Assembly: GCA_951406725.2 (NCBI GenBank)
Contig: OX597830.1
Span: forward strand, 41,850,001-41,914,000
From: Octopus vulgaris
Lineage: Eukaryota
Length of the DNA stretch: 64,000 nt
Direction: 5' to 3'
The stretch's first letter is position 1; each line of letters opens with the position of its first letter. The notes under the pieces are model-generated. The model saw only the letters and a program-made list of their open reading frames with translations, made no database searches and was not told where the DNA came from. Below are positions 1 through 11,062 of this stretch, piece by piece. Made by a program: the position numbers and the translations under genes.

Positions 1-1267
1 ATGTCAGCAGCAGAGAGATGATGAAACTGACTGAAACCTTCAAAACGACATTGTGGCATCTGAACAACTCTGGAATGTCTCTAGTCAATATATTTCTGAC
101 TGAAGACTCTAAAAGAGTCTTAAAGAAAAAGTTCAATGTCCACGACTTATACAGATGATTTTTCTTCTTTTTATTTTTACCTGTAAATAAAACAATTTAA
201 TTTATTTTGATCAATTTTGATTTCGCAGCCCAAGGACAATATTTGCAGGGGTTGGCTACACTAAATTTACCGTTTTATTGCAGAAATCAAGATCTATCCA
301 ATCAGAATTTCATTACTCCTAACAGTGGAAAGCACTTTTATACACCAATTTATCTTTTGGAACTATTTTCTGTTGAGATATCTCAAGTTAGCTGAGGCAA
401 TGTGACTTGCAGAAAATACCAATTCTATTTTTTGGCAAGATATTTAACATCGTTACTGGAATAACCATGAAATTTAATTTCACAGTTGAAAGGTTAAAAT
501 CCAACTGCAATATAGTGGGTCTTATGTTATTGATACCAGAGGTAGGGAAAAAGGAAAGCTGACCATAGTATGTTTTTGTGCTCAGGTAGTTGAGATTGAA
601 CTTAATCATTTTGTGAATCACTAAAACCTGTAAAAGCCAGTGTGATTAATCCCGCTTCTGTTGTATGAAGCAAATGTGAGGCCAATATTAATGGAAAACA
701 AGTCTATTATACAAAAGTTTATTGGAAAGGTCTGCGACTTAACATCCCTGAGCTACATAAATTTAAGAAAATGTAGAGTTCAGAATGTTGGATGCAGTCT
801 AAAGATATCTGCATGTGCAGCAACAGCAGCACCAGCTCAGATGTGGGAGCATTAATACATTGTGGACCTTACCTGTGCTTTGTAGAGTTGTGATTTTTAT
901 TCAAAGCTGTCTTCATAGATCTCTCTTTAGTTTCACTTTCCAGAGTATTAAAAACCCTTTAGCATTTAGACTACTTGGTCAAACATTATACTTTTTCTTA
1001 TTCACAGACCACTCTGCAAAATGGTTGAAGTTTAGAAGACCATTCAGTAGCAAAAACCATGCCAAAGTAAACCTCGCCGGTGTTTGTGCCGTGTGAAAAA
1101 AAGCACCCAGTAACTCTGCAAGGTGGTTGGTGTTAGGAAAGGCATCCAGCTGTAAAAAACATGCCAAAGCAGTTAGTCCTGGTGCAATCTTCTCACTCTT
1201 CAGCTCTGGTCAAACCATCCAACTTATGCCAGAATGGAAAATGGACATTAAATAATGATTATGTGAT

Positions 1268-1507
1268 TTAACCCTTTGATGTTCAGATTATTCTGTCAAA
1301 TGTAATGCTTATTTATACACAGACATTATTTACATATTTTTGCATTAATCTTGCATTGGCTCTTGTAGCTTCAAGATTTCAATGATGTGATAGTTTATTT
1401 TTAGAATAACATTGTTGAGTAGGTGTGAAAGGCTGGATCTGACCAGACTGAATGTAAAACAAGAATATTTAGGCAGTATTTGGTTGGTTTAAATGCTAGA
1501 GGGTTAA
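1268..1507. mobile_element. piggyBac-type MITE (~230 bp), family D
   Basis: TTAA-CCCTTT..AGAGGG-TTAA; related copies near 18607-18871, 19012-19180, 22382-22563, 24237-24464, 32400-32550, 34846-35000, 39331-39538, 48912-49010, 51422-51643, 63727-63952. Confidence 0.75.
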
Positions 1508-2123
1508 TCATGCATGATCTCATAGCTTTGAGATTTTGATGTGGTTGCTAGAATGACATTGTAAGGTGGTTGTAATGAGCTGGATATGGCTAGTTTCAAC
1601 TTAAAAGGTATGTTTATATTTACATATATTTATATACATTCACCGCTCCCCCCACACATATGCACATCAGCGACTGGGTATCAATTGAATATTTTTGTAA
1701 TGGATTTTATCTATTGCACTTTAGTCTTTTTTTTTTTTTAACCCATTCTGTTTAGGGAGGCTGTTTTTATAAAGTTTTCAGCAAATCAAGTCTGGTTTGA
1801 CTCCCTGTTGTAATTGCAGTGTCCCTTTGACCCAATAATGCCCTTGTGCAGGAATAGCCAGTTCCTACTCCCTAAAGTCAACAAGTGCCAATTGCCCACA
1901 GATCAGAAAAGGGGTTGCCCACTTCTATATTATTACACCAGTCATCATCAGGATAAATATATACAGTTTTTAATGCAAGTAAAATATTATTTTTTCATCA
2001 ATCTTTGTTTTCCATGTTAACTTTTATTTGTGTGAATATTATTATTGCTCAAGCTGTTGAGCTTTCAATCATGATTGAAACCAGTCTAGTTGATTAAAGC
2101 AAGCAGAGTTATATACTTTTACC

Positions 2124-2666
2124 ATGGGTCATCCCGTAAATAATGCGGTTTTTCCAATTGCATGAAAAGTTGGAGGGGTATGGGATAAACTACCTGCATC
2201 AACCTGCTATAAAAGCAGGTAGTAATTTTACCTTGTCTTTATTCTTAATGCAAGTTTTGAAGAGTGCAGTTTGATTTTAAGTTATTTTTTCAAAGCTATA
2301 ATGGAAGTGACAAAGGAGTATATTCAACATATTTTGCTTTATAAGTTCATTAATATTCCTCACAATAGTAATGCAGTATATGGAGGTGGTCAATAAGCGT
2401 AAGACAATGTCAACAGTGGTTTTAGAAATTCTGAGATGGAAACTACAGCCTAGAAGATGAGCCTCATTCTGGAAGATCTGATCTGTAGGGTTTGACAAGT
2501 ACGTCCTGCAAACTCTGGTGGAACAAAATCCCATTGTAACTGTTGAGGAACTAGTAGAGAAGCTTGGATTTGGTCATTCAACCATTCATCGACACCTTGC
2601 CATTGGAAAAGTCAGAAAATTGGGTCAATGGGTATAAAATACTGCATTATTTATAGGGTGACCCAA
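2124..2666 (+). mobile_element. Internally deleted mariner transposon with degenerate transposase N-terminus
   Basis: TIRs tgggtcatcccgtaaataatgcggttttt / aaaatactgcattatttatagggtgaccca plus TA; from 2301 a frameshifted MEVTKEYIQHILLYKF..LQTLVEQNPIVTVEELVEKLGFGHSTIHRHL..IGKVRKLGQWV, truncated at the WVPHEL motif. Confidence 0.88.
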
Positions 2667-2680
2667 TATAATGAAGTGAT

Positions 2681-3022
2681 GGTGCATGGCTTAGGGGGTT
2701 AGGGCATTCAACTCACAATCTTAAGGTCATGGGTTCAATTCCCAGTGGTGCAGTGTCCTTGAGCAAGACATTTTATTTCATATTGTTCCAGTCCACTCAG
2801 CTGGCAAAAATGAATAATACCAGTAATTCAATAAGGGCCAGTTTTGTCACACTCTGTGTCATGCTGAATCCCTTCCCTGATAACTATGTGTCATGCTGAA
2901 TCCCTTCTCTGATAACTATGTTAAGGGTATATGTGTCTGTGGAGTGTTCAGCCACCTGCATATTAATTTCACAAACAGGCTTGTTCTGCTGATCGAATCA
3001 ACTGGAACCCTCATCGTCGTCC
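2681..3022 (+). mobile_element. tRNA-derived SINE with an internal ~33-bp tandem duplication
   Basis: Head as at 49215; 3' part shared with 6045-6410; TGTGTCATGCTGAATCCCTT.(C/T)CTGATAACTA occurs twice. Confidence 0.7.
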
Positions 3023-3664
3023 CTGACCGAATCCCAGCTAAATATAATGACTTTTGCCAGTTTTGCACTTCTGACTCGTTATGCTTGTTGACATATTCGT
3101 TCACCACCTTCATCTGTTAATTCTACTTTGGCATGGCTCTGACAGAATATGGCAGCATTGTTACTACCCTGAACAAAAATGCTCACTAGCATTTCCTCAG
3201 TTCAAATACTAAAGACTTCCTCTCTTTGGATTAGCTCATAACACGTTTGAAAAGTTGAACAATGAAAGCTCTCACACATTGCTTTCCAAAGGTATGTCTT
3301 TTTTCTTTTTATATTTTTAAAATGGTTAATAACTTTTAACAAACATTTCTTTTAAATATTTTTTGCAATAGTTAATAACTATTTAAAAAATATAGTTAGT
3401 GCATTGACAGCCAGCTGGAGACGATGTTTTTTGGGGCAACATAGGTCCTGACCAAGACTGCCACTTTATGTTGGCAAATAAACTTTATTGTACTGTTGCT
3501 GCATGTTTCTTGTCCAGAGATTTAAAACTAATAATTTCTCTATAAATGACAAACATTTCCTTTAAATATTGTGACTGCATCTGGTATTTTTTGCAAGAAC
3601 TTTTAAATAATATATTTTTTATAAAGTCAACTTCATAGCAATTTGAAATTTGGTTTAACCTGAT

Positions 3665-3785
3665 TACCGTAAATCCTTGAGTATAGTCTGCCCTTGAGTA
3701 CAATACACAGGGAATTTTTACGGGGTTGTACCTCTGATAAACCTAAACCTTGTGTATAATACGCACCCCTTCTCATAAATTCAAA
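3665..3785. mobile_element. Tc2/pogo-like DNA transposon end fragment
   Basis: TA+CCGTAAATCCTTGAGTATA terminus with repeated (GA/GT)GTATAATAC subterminal motifs; the other end was not found. Confidence 0.4.
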
Positions 3786-4092
3786 CCTTAATGCAGATAT
3801 TGTGGTGTGTATGTAGCACTTTGCTGGTAGGGACATCATAATATATACAACCATGTATGTTTTATAAGTCAATGCTGTGTCCTACTTCTGTGTTAGGTGT
3901 GTCATAGAATCACATAGACATATTCGAATATGAAATGTAATGTTCAGCCCTGGCTCTAAATTCTATAGAAAATTTCAGTAATGTGTTCTGCGATGGTTAA
4001 TGGGTTGGATGTGCAACTGCAGAAGCAATAAGGACTCTTGAAATACGCATAGCCACCCACTATTTTCTGTGTCTTCGATCACATTATTTACA

Positions 4093-4480
4093 TACTCTTT
4101 ACTCTTTTACTTGTTTCAGTCATTTGACTGTGGCCATGCTGGAAGCACCGCCTTTAGTTGAGCAAATCGACCCCGGGACTTATTCTTTCTAAGCCTAGTA
4201 CTTATTTTATCAGTCTCTTTTGCCGAACCGCTAAGTAACAGGGACATAAACACACCAGCATTGGTTGTCAAGCGATGTTGGGGGAACAAACACAGACACA
4301 CAAACACAAACATATACGACGGGCCTTTTTCAGTTTCTGTCTACCAAATCCACTCACAAAGCATTGGTCGGCCCGAGGCTATAGTAGAAGACACTTGCCC
4401 AAGGTGCCACACAGTGGGACTGAACCTGGAACTATGCAGTTCGTAAGCAAGCTACTTACCACACAGCCACTCGTACGCCT
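4093..4480 (-). mobile_element. tRNA-derived CORE-like SINE (octopus OR2-like), family B
   Basis: Minus strand GTGGCTGTGTGGT (A box), GGTTCAGTCCC (B box), CCTTGGGCAAGT (CORE-like), AAGAGTA tail; further copies near 8365-8520, 13265-13605, 21025-21330, 25280-25420, 32675-32800, 35005-35435, 48030-48340, 52895-53225. Confidence 0.8.
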
Positions 4481-5867
4481 GAAATGACATAACTTTTAGT
4501 GTGGCTCTAAAAAATCTGTAGAGATAAACTTAAAAAAGTGACATCTTGGTGTGCTGAACAAGGTACATAACTCTGCTTGCTCCATTGGTCTGATCGAAGG
4601 AAACCAAGTCCCACTCCTATTATTTATGCTACAACAAAAATCTGTTCTTAGCTGTAAGATCTGTAAATAAAATGGGTTGGGAGAAGGTGACATTACACCC
4701 TTCTCACTCGGATCATGTAATAGACTCTTTACAAGGCAGCCCAAAATGGTGGATTCTACCTTCGTCACTGCAGTAGAATGCACCAAAACATACTGTAAGA
4801 CATTCTCTCTTGACAGTCTAAGGATTCTGCAAATCCATTGCCTTAGATTATTATGTTTTTTTATTGACTCCAAAAGGGTAAAGTTGACCCAGTAGGATTT
4901 GAACTTGCAGTACGGAGTTGTGGAACAAATTCTATTCAAGACTCAAAACTGCTAATTCTCCAGCCGTAAACTCAAGTTTCACTGCTTTTAACGTCCACTT
5001 TCCCAAGCTTATATTGGCTGGAGGGTGTTTATATTAAAGCAGATTTCCTGTGATCAGATGTCCTTCCTGTCACCCATCCCCATCTGTTTCCTCATGACCA
5101 GACATGTTTTCACAGAATATTGGAAATGAACGACACTGCTTGTATGACAGTGACACTCATTTACAACTATCATATAATTTCAAAACAAGGAGACATGTTT
5201 TTATACGATGAGCTTCAAGATTCCATCTACTGAATCCTCTCCCAAGGCTTTGGTTAGCCCTAGCCACACAGCAGTGGTGAATGGCAAATTATAAACAGGT
5301 TTAAAATACAGTAACTTCTTTGAGCTCCATTTAAGAAGTAATAAATCATCATCAACATTGTGCCCCAGCATGGACGTAGTCTAATGATTGAAACAAGTAA
5401 AAGATAAAAAAATATAAATAAGCACACAGCATATGCATCTCTCTCTCTCTCTCTATATATATATATAAGGTTTTGTAAAGAAAGAGGTTGCTCTTTCCAG
5501 GGGTATCTTACATCCAAGCTTCTGGTTTATCCATATATCTGTGAATTTACTGGAATTTGTCTTTCTGCATTAGTATTTAATAGACACCAGTACTATACAC
5601 AACATGGAGGTACAGTAGTTCCTATAGACGTTTCCATCTGATTCCACACGTGTACATAAATTTAGAAGTATAATATAAAGAAAATAGAGAGTTTGAATAC
5701 AGCAAAATCAATTTATTTACGTAACTGTCAATTTAAATTTTGGTTATTTTTTAGAACAGAACTCCAAAGACAAACAGCCTGACATACACACGCTCATAGA
5801 GGCTGCTACCTTAGTCGATAATGAATACTCAATCTAAGAGTATATAAAGAGAAATAGATCGATTTTG

Positions 5868-5954
5868 GCCCTGAAGAAATTTCTGCCTTCTGAACTCATA
5901 ATGCAATTGCTAATTGTAAAATAAATGAAGGTGGATATTGAAACGAGCGTAGGC
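5868..5954 (+). ncRNA. Type I hammerhead ribozyme motif (Penelope-like)
   Basis: GCC-CTGAAGA-stem II (AATTTCTGCCTTC/GAAGGTGGATATT)-GAAAC-GAGC-GTA-GGC; core nucleotides intact. Confidence 0.7.
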
Positions 5955-6044
5955 GTTATGTAAACAAGGTGATCTTGCTGTATTCAAACTCTCCATTTTC
6001 TATATACACACACACACATTCATATAAATACATATAAATCGTAG

Positions 6045-6410
6045 CACTCTGTTAATTACGACGACGAGGGTTCCAGTTGATCCGATCAACGGAACAGCCT
6101 GCTCATGATATTAATGTGCAAGCGGCTGAGCATTCCACAGACATGTGTACCCTTAATGTTGTTCTCGGGGAGATTCAGTGTTACACAGAGTGTGACAAGG
6201 CTGGCCCTTTGAAATACAGATACAACAGAAACAGGAAGAAAGAGTGAAAGAAAGTTGTGGTGAAAGAGTACAGTAGGGTTCGCCACACCCCCCCTGCCGG
6301 AGTGTCGTAGAGCTTTAGGTGTTTTTGCTCTCAATGCCCAGTCTGGGAATCGAAACTGCGATCCCACGACCATGAGTCCGCTGCCCTAACCACTGGGCCA
6401 TTGCATCTCC
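6045..6410 (-). mobile_element. tRNA-derived SINE
   Basis: Minus strand TGGCCCAGTGG A box, GTTTCGATTCCC B box; 3' region shared with 2681-3022. Confidence 0.72.
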
Positions 6411-6449
6411 ACACATATACATATAGAAATAAAAGAAACAAAACAAAAC

Positions 6450-8327
6450 CTTCAACCAGATTCAGCACTTTTATTTGGTCAGTGAGTTGTGTAATGCTGT
6501 ACTATATATAAAGAGCCACTGATCACAATTACTATAACGATGATCTGTTTTAATTAAAAAGACCATTCCCATAAGAAGCAGCTGTGTAGTCAATTAGCTG
6601 CTGCAGTCTTTCTAGCAGATCCTCACATCAGAAGAATACAATGTACAAGACTGGAATAGATGAATGGAAGGGGTGGTGGTGGTGGTGGTGTGGGAGAAGA
6701 ACAGAGAGGGAGGGAGGAAGCATGGAGTGTATGTGTTGTTATGTATACATATGTTTACAAAATGAACAGGAAAAAAAAAAAAAAAAAAAGCAACTGATCT
6801 GAGAATCTCAATATATATTTTTTTTTCTTCACAAAACCCATATTCCTTAAGAAACAGCCGGTGCTTATAATTGCTGCTGCTGCTGCTGCTGCACCGAAAT
6901 CTGAGTGCATTCATTCATTTATGGTAGTAACATGATTACGTATATATGACAGTATGTATATATGTATGTATGTACGTGTGTGAGTGAGTGAGTGTATATG
7001 GTGACTTTGAAACAGTTAAATATGTTGTTTTTTTCCATTCACTCATAATAAACTAATGACCACAGGCTGCACAAGTAACCACCAATATATAGATTACTAA
7101 TATATAATATTTTATTTTTTATTTATATTTTATTTGTTGTTTGGTTTGTTTCATTCAAGTGTATTTTTTTTTATCAGTATTATTGTTATTATTATTATTA
7201 TTATTATTATTACAATCACAGAGATAAGAAAAAGTTTGCCAAAAGTTAAGAATACATTTTTTTTTGTAAATGAAATCTGTTTTCATATTTGTTTGGGGAA
7301 TGAGAGACAGGGAAAATAACTTTGGCTTCATTCTTTTTCATATTTAAGCCCCCCCCCCCCCCTGCATTTTCTTAAATGAAATTTTCTATAGAGATAAATT
7401 TTTTAAGGAATGAAAATATTGAAATCTTTTTCATTGAAAAATAAGGAAAGGGAGAACACAGATTCACACCGTCAAACTTTGTGTGAATTAGCTAAAGATG
7501 GAAGTTGCTAGAAACTTTTTATCCTTCTCTACTCTGGCTTAAAAAAGCTGAATAGGTTTAGCTAATATTTTTACTTTTGTGGCTTAGTTTCATGCTAGTG
7601 TCAAAGAATTTGGACATGGGTCTTCAGCAGATATTTTACAGAAGCCGAGGAAGCAAAAGATACCGACTGCAAATATTCCACTGAAGACTGTGTCTAAGTA
7701 TATGGATGACACCAGCATGAATCTATGCAACAGGAAGAACAACAGACACATACATATATATATATACACACATATACACACAGTGCCCTCTGAACTCAAT
7801 AAGCAGCTAGAAGTTTCTTTTACACTATCTATAAAATTAATAATTATTAAGCAGTATGGTATTTGATGCTTTATAGAACATGTGTCTCAGCAAAATGGTG
7901 TAAATAACAGTTGTAGAAATATTATACAGCCTTGCTCTTCACTTAGTGTGTACTACACTGGACATCGGACTAGAATATGGAGCCCAATACCAAGCTTGAT
8001 CTTTGGTTACGGGTTGCACTTTACCATGCCTGTACGTACGTATGTACATACGTACGTACACACACACACACATACATACATTTCTGTTATTGGTGGTATC
8101 AGCCAGAGAGAGATAAATATCATTTAACAAACTCAGGACTTAATTGTGAGCTACTGTAAGTCTCTGACTGTACAGTAAGTTGGACAAGCTTGTGTAGCGT
8201 ACCATGTACTATCCTGCAATGTTTGAGGCTCAAAATCTTTCAGCCTGGAAGTTTTCAGGAAAGTACGTGGCACACTATGCAAACTGGAACATGAAATTTA
8301 TAATAGCTCACATAGAAATCCTATGTT

Positions 8328-8368
<41 letters not shown>

Positions 8369-9544
8369 ACAAGCTTCTTTCAGTTTCCATCTACCAAATC
8401 TACTGACAAGGGTTTGGTCATGTTGGGGCTATGGTAGAAGAAAACTTCCCTAAGTTACCATGCGGTGGGACTGAACCCTCGACTGTGTGGCTGGGAAGGA
8501 AGCTCCTTGACCACACAGCCATATTTTCGCTTATGATAATATATATATATGCGGACAGGTAATGTTTCATCAGATACATGGACTAGAAAATTTGTGAGTA
8601 AAGTGTTCTGGTTATGGACCCTATCTTAGAGCCTTGCGGGGAAGGGAGTGGGGGGGGGGGGGACTGGCTGCCGACTTCAAAGAGGTTGTTTGGTTACTGT
8701 TATTGATTCAGGTATCTCAAACTAAACGGACAAATATGACTGAATGCATTAAAAAGTTGAATACAAAAAGTGATATTTAAAAAAAACAAAAATCCTTCAA
8801 GTAGGTTTATTTGTTTGATGTTGAATTTTATAAACCATACCCACAAAAAAAAGAAAATTCTATCAATCAATATTATAAATATCGATTACATTAAAAAGAA
8901 AATGATGACTAGAAAGCACAACAAGAAACAAATGGAATGAAGAAATTACAGACACTGGTCTAACTGATCATAAAATCAGACATGACATATTTCTTTTTAG
9001 GGTGGGTATGAATGCTAAAAGGCTTCAGCACAGTATTTTGCAGAAATGTAGATATACTCTCAAGGAGAAGGTTAGGGGGTTTTAAAAAATTTATTTAGTA
9101 TAATATTATTTGAATCCTGCAGAGGGTAATTTTGCTTTTTATCCTTTCAGAGTGGAACAAGTAAATTTACCAGTCAAGTATCAAAGTCTAATGACTATCT
9201 ACTGTCCACTAAGAAATTGCTGGCCTTGTGCCAAAATTTGAAACAATTATTATTACTACTATTATTATTATTATTGTTGTAAAATGTTATTTATTTAGAA
9301 GCTCTAAAATATATACAGCAGATTCTTTTATGGTAAATATGAAAATTATTGATTTTTTAAACATTTTCTTTTTTGTGTATAATTAAAAATAAATAGTTTG
9401 AAATAATTGCTTCTAAAATTAAAAAAAAAAAACTCTGGTAGGGTCTGAACTAAGATAATCATGAGAATGAATTAAACTAAATGCATGAGGGCATTAGAGG
9501 GGCCACATGTGCATGTGTGTGCATGCAAAAACACAGACATAAAC

Positions 9545-9591
<47 letters not shown>

Positions 9592-10043
9592 GTATGTTGG
9601 AATATGTTTATACATATAGGTCAATGGCCGATATTGTTCAAGTCGCAATAGATGAACACAAGCTCTGATGAAGATCAGACAAACTGCTAAGGAAATCAAA
9701 ATGCATTCAAAGTCATCACTTAATTAAAGGGAAACTCATTAATTCAGCAAATAAGACCAAAATTAAGAAACCCCTAAAACATTAGTGAAAAATATATTAT
9801 TTTTGATAACTGCCAAGCTTTTGGATTGATGAAACAAAAGCTAAACAGAGCAGGAAGAATCTGTATTTCACGATGAGAATGTCTTCTAAGAAGTTAAATG
9901 GGGGACACGAAACTAGAAGATGAAAGCAAAAGTCAAAATTGTGGTTCATTTGGAATTTTCACTTATTAACCTAGTGTTCCTGGTGAAAATGTTGAAGCAC
10001 TAATTACGAGAGAGAGAGTGTACAGAATATATAACTTGATGTG

Positions 10044-10091
<48 letters not shown>

Positions 10092-10779
10092 ATGTATTGC
10101 TGGATTGACCAAATTATCAGATGTCGTTATAAACTCCTGCTCAAAATGTGGCTTTTTTTTTTTTTTTTGCATTGTAGTTTAAGAAAGTCGCCACAAAAGT
10201 GGGTACAATTATTGCATAATGTTTTCTTAACTTTTGGCAAATTTTATAGATATCCTTAATGAAAGGAAAACAAAAAAACCAAACTGAATCATACTGGTAT
10301 GAGTGTATTTACACACAAACACACATCCATGCACACGCACACACACGCACGCACCAACTCTCACTATCACCCTCCTCTACCTCCCTACACAGGTACACCG
10401 ATACATAACTATATATATGTATGTATATATATATATGTATGTATGTGCTCATTGAAAACAAAACAAGACAAAAACAACAGATGGCAGTTATGCAGACATT
10501 AGCAGGCATTTGAACACATGGATTACACTAAAATTTAACTTATGCATTATGGGAAATTTACAAATGTAGTTGTTATAGTAGTATTCACATAAGATATTGG
10601 AAATATGCAAAATACAAACATTTTTTTGGAAGGGGGGGGGGGAGGTACGTAAGGAGATTGGGGAGCAGTAACCATTAACAAAAAAAAAATGTTTTTTTTT
10701 TTTGTAATTTTGCAAATTGTGAAGGGGGTGGGGGTGGATTTGTATTGTTATTTTGTAATTAGGAAAAATAAATGAAGCA
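6450..10779 (-). other. Probable long 3'UTR of BAZ2
   Basis: U-rich on the minus strand and comparatively TE-poor; ends at AATAAA followed by a GU/U-rich element; other AATAAA sites may also be used. Confidence 0.55.
6470..6475 (-). terminator. Candidate polyadenylation signal AATAAA
   Basis: + strand TTTATT; about 20-50 nt downstream on minus: GGTTTTGTTTTGTTTCTTTT. Confidence 0.5.
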
Positions 10780-10999
10780 TTAGCTGTCATCTGGTGAACC
10801 TTCATCGTTCGAGGCTTTGGTCGTTGATGTTTCTTCATCTTGGTTTTTGTTGTCACCTAACAGTTCGTTCCAGCGCTTTATGAAATAGCGGCGCAAAGCG
10901 TGGCCAGCATTGCCAACCTCTGAATCGTCCTCGTTGAATATTTCACAGTTGTCGAATATTAGGTGAGTGTCGGCAGCAAACTGGTCCTTTGATTTATAT
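10780..10999 (-). CDS. BAZ2B: BAZ2 terminal coding exon, bromodomain C-half ([32 protein letters not shown])
   Basis: gtatag acceptor, TAA stop at 10780-10782; conserved acetyl-lysine-binding Asn. Confidence 0.95.
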
Positions 11000-11027
11000 C
11001 TATACAACAGAAGAAATAATAATAATC

Positions 11028-11062
<35 letters not shown>

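Noticed and set aside
98-125. CTGAAGA followed by a CTCT/AGAG hairpin (also CTGATGA at ~9665 and ~36998)
   Set aside because: No correctly placed GAAA and NUH, so not hammerheads
4496-4939. 147-aa ORF
   Set aside because: No recognisable motif or splice context; begins in a SINE fragment
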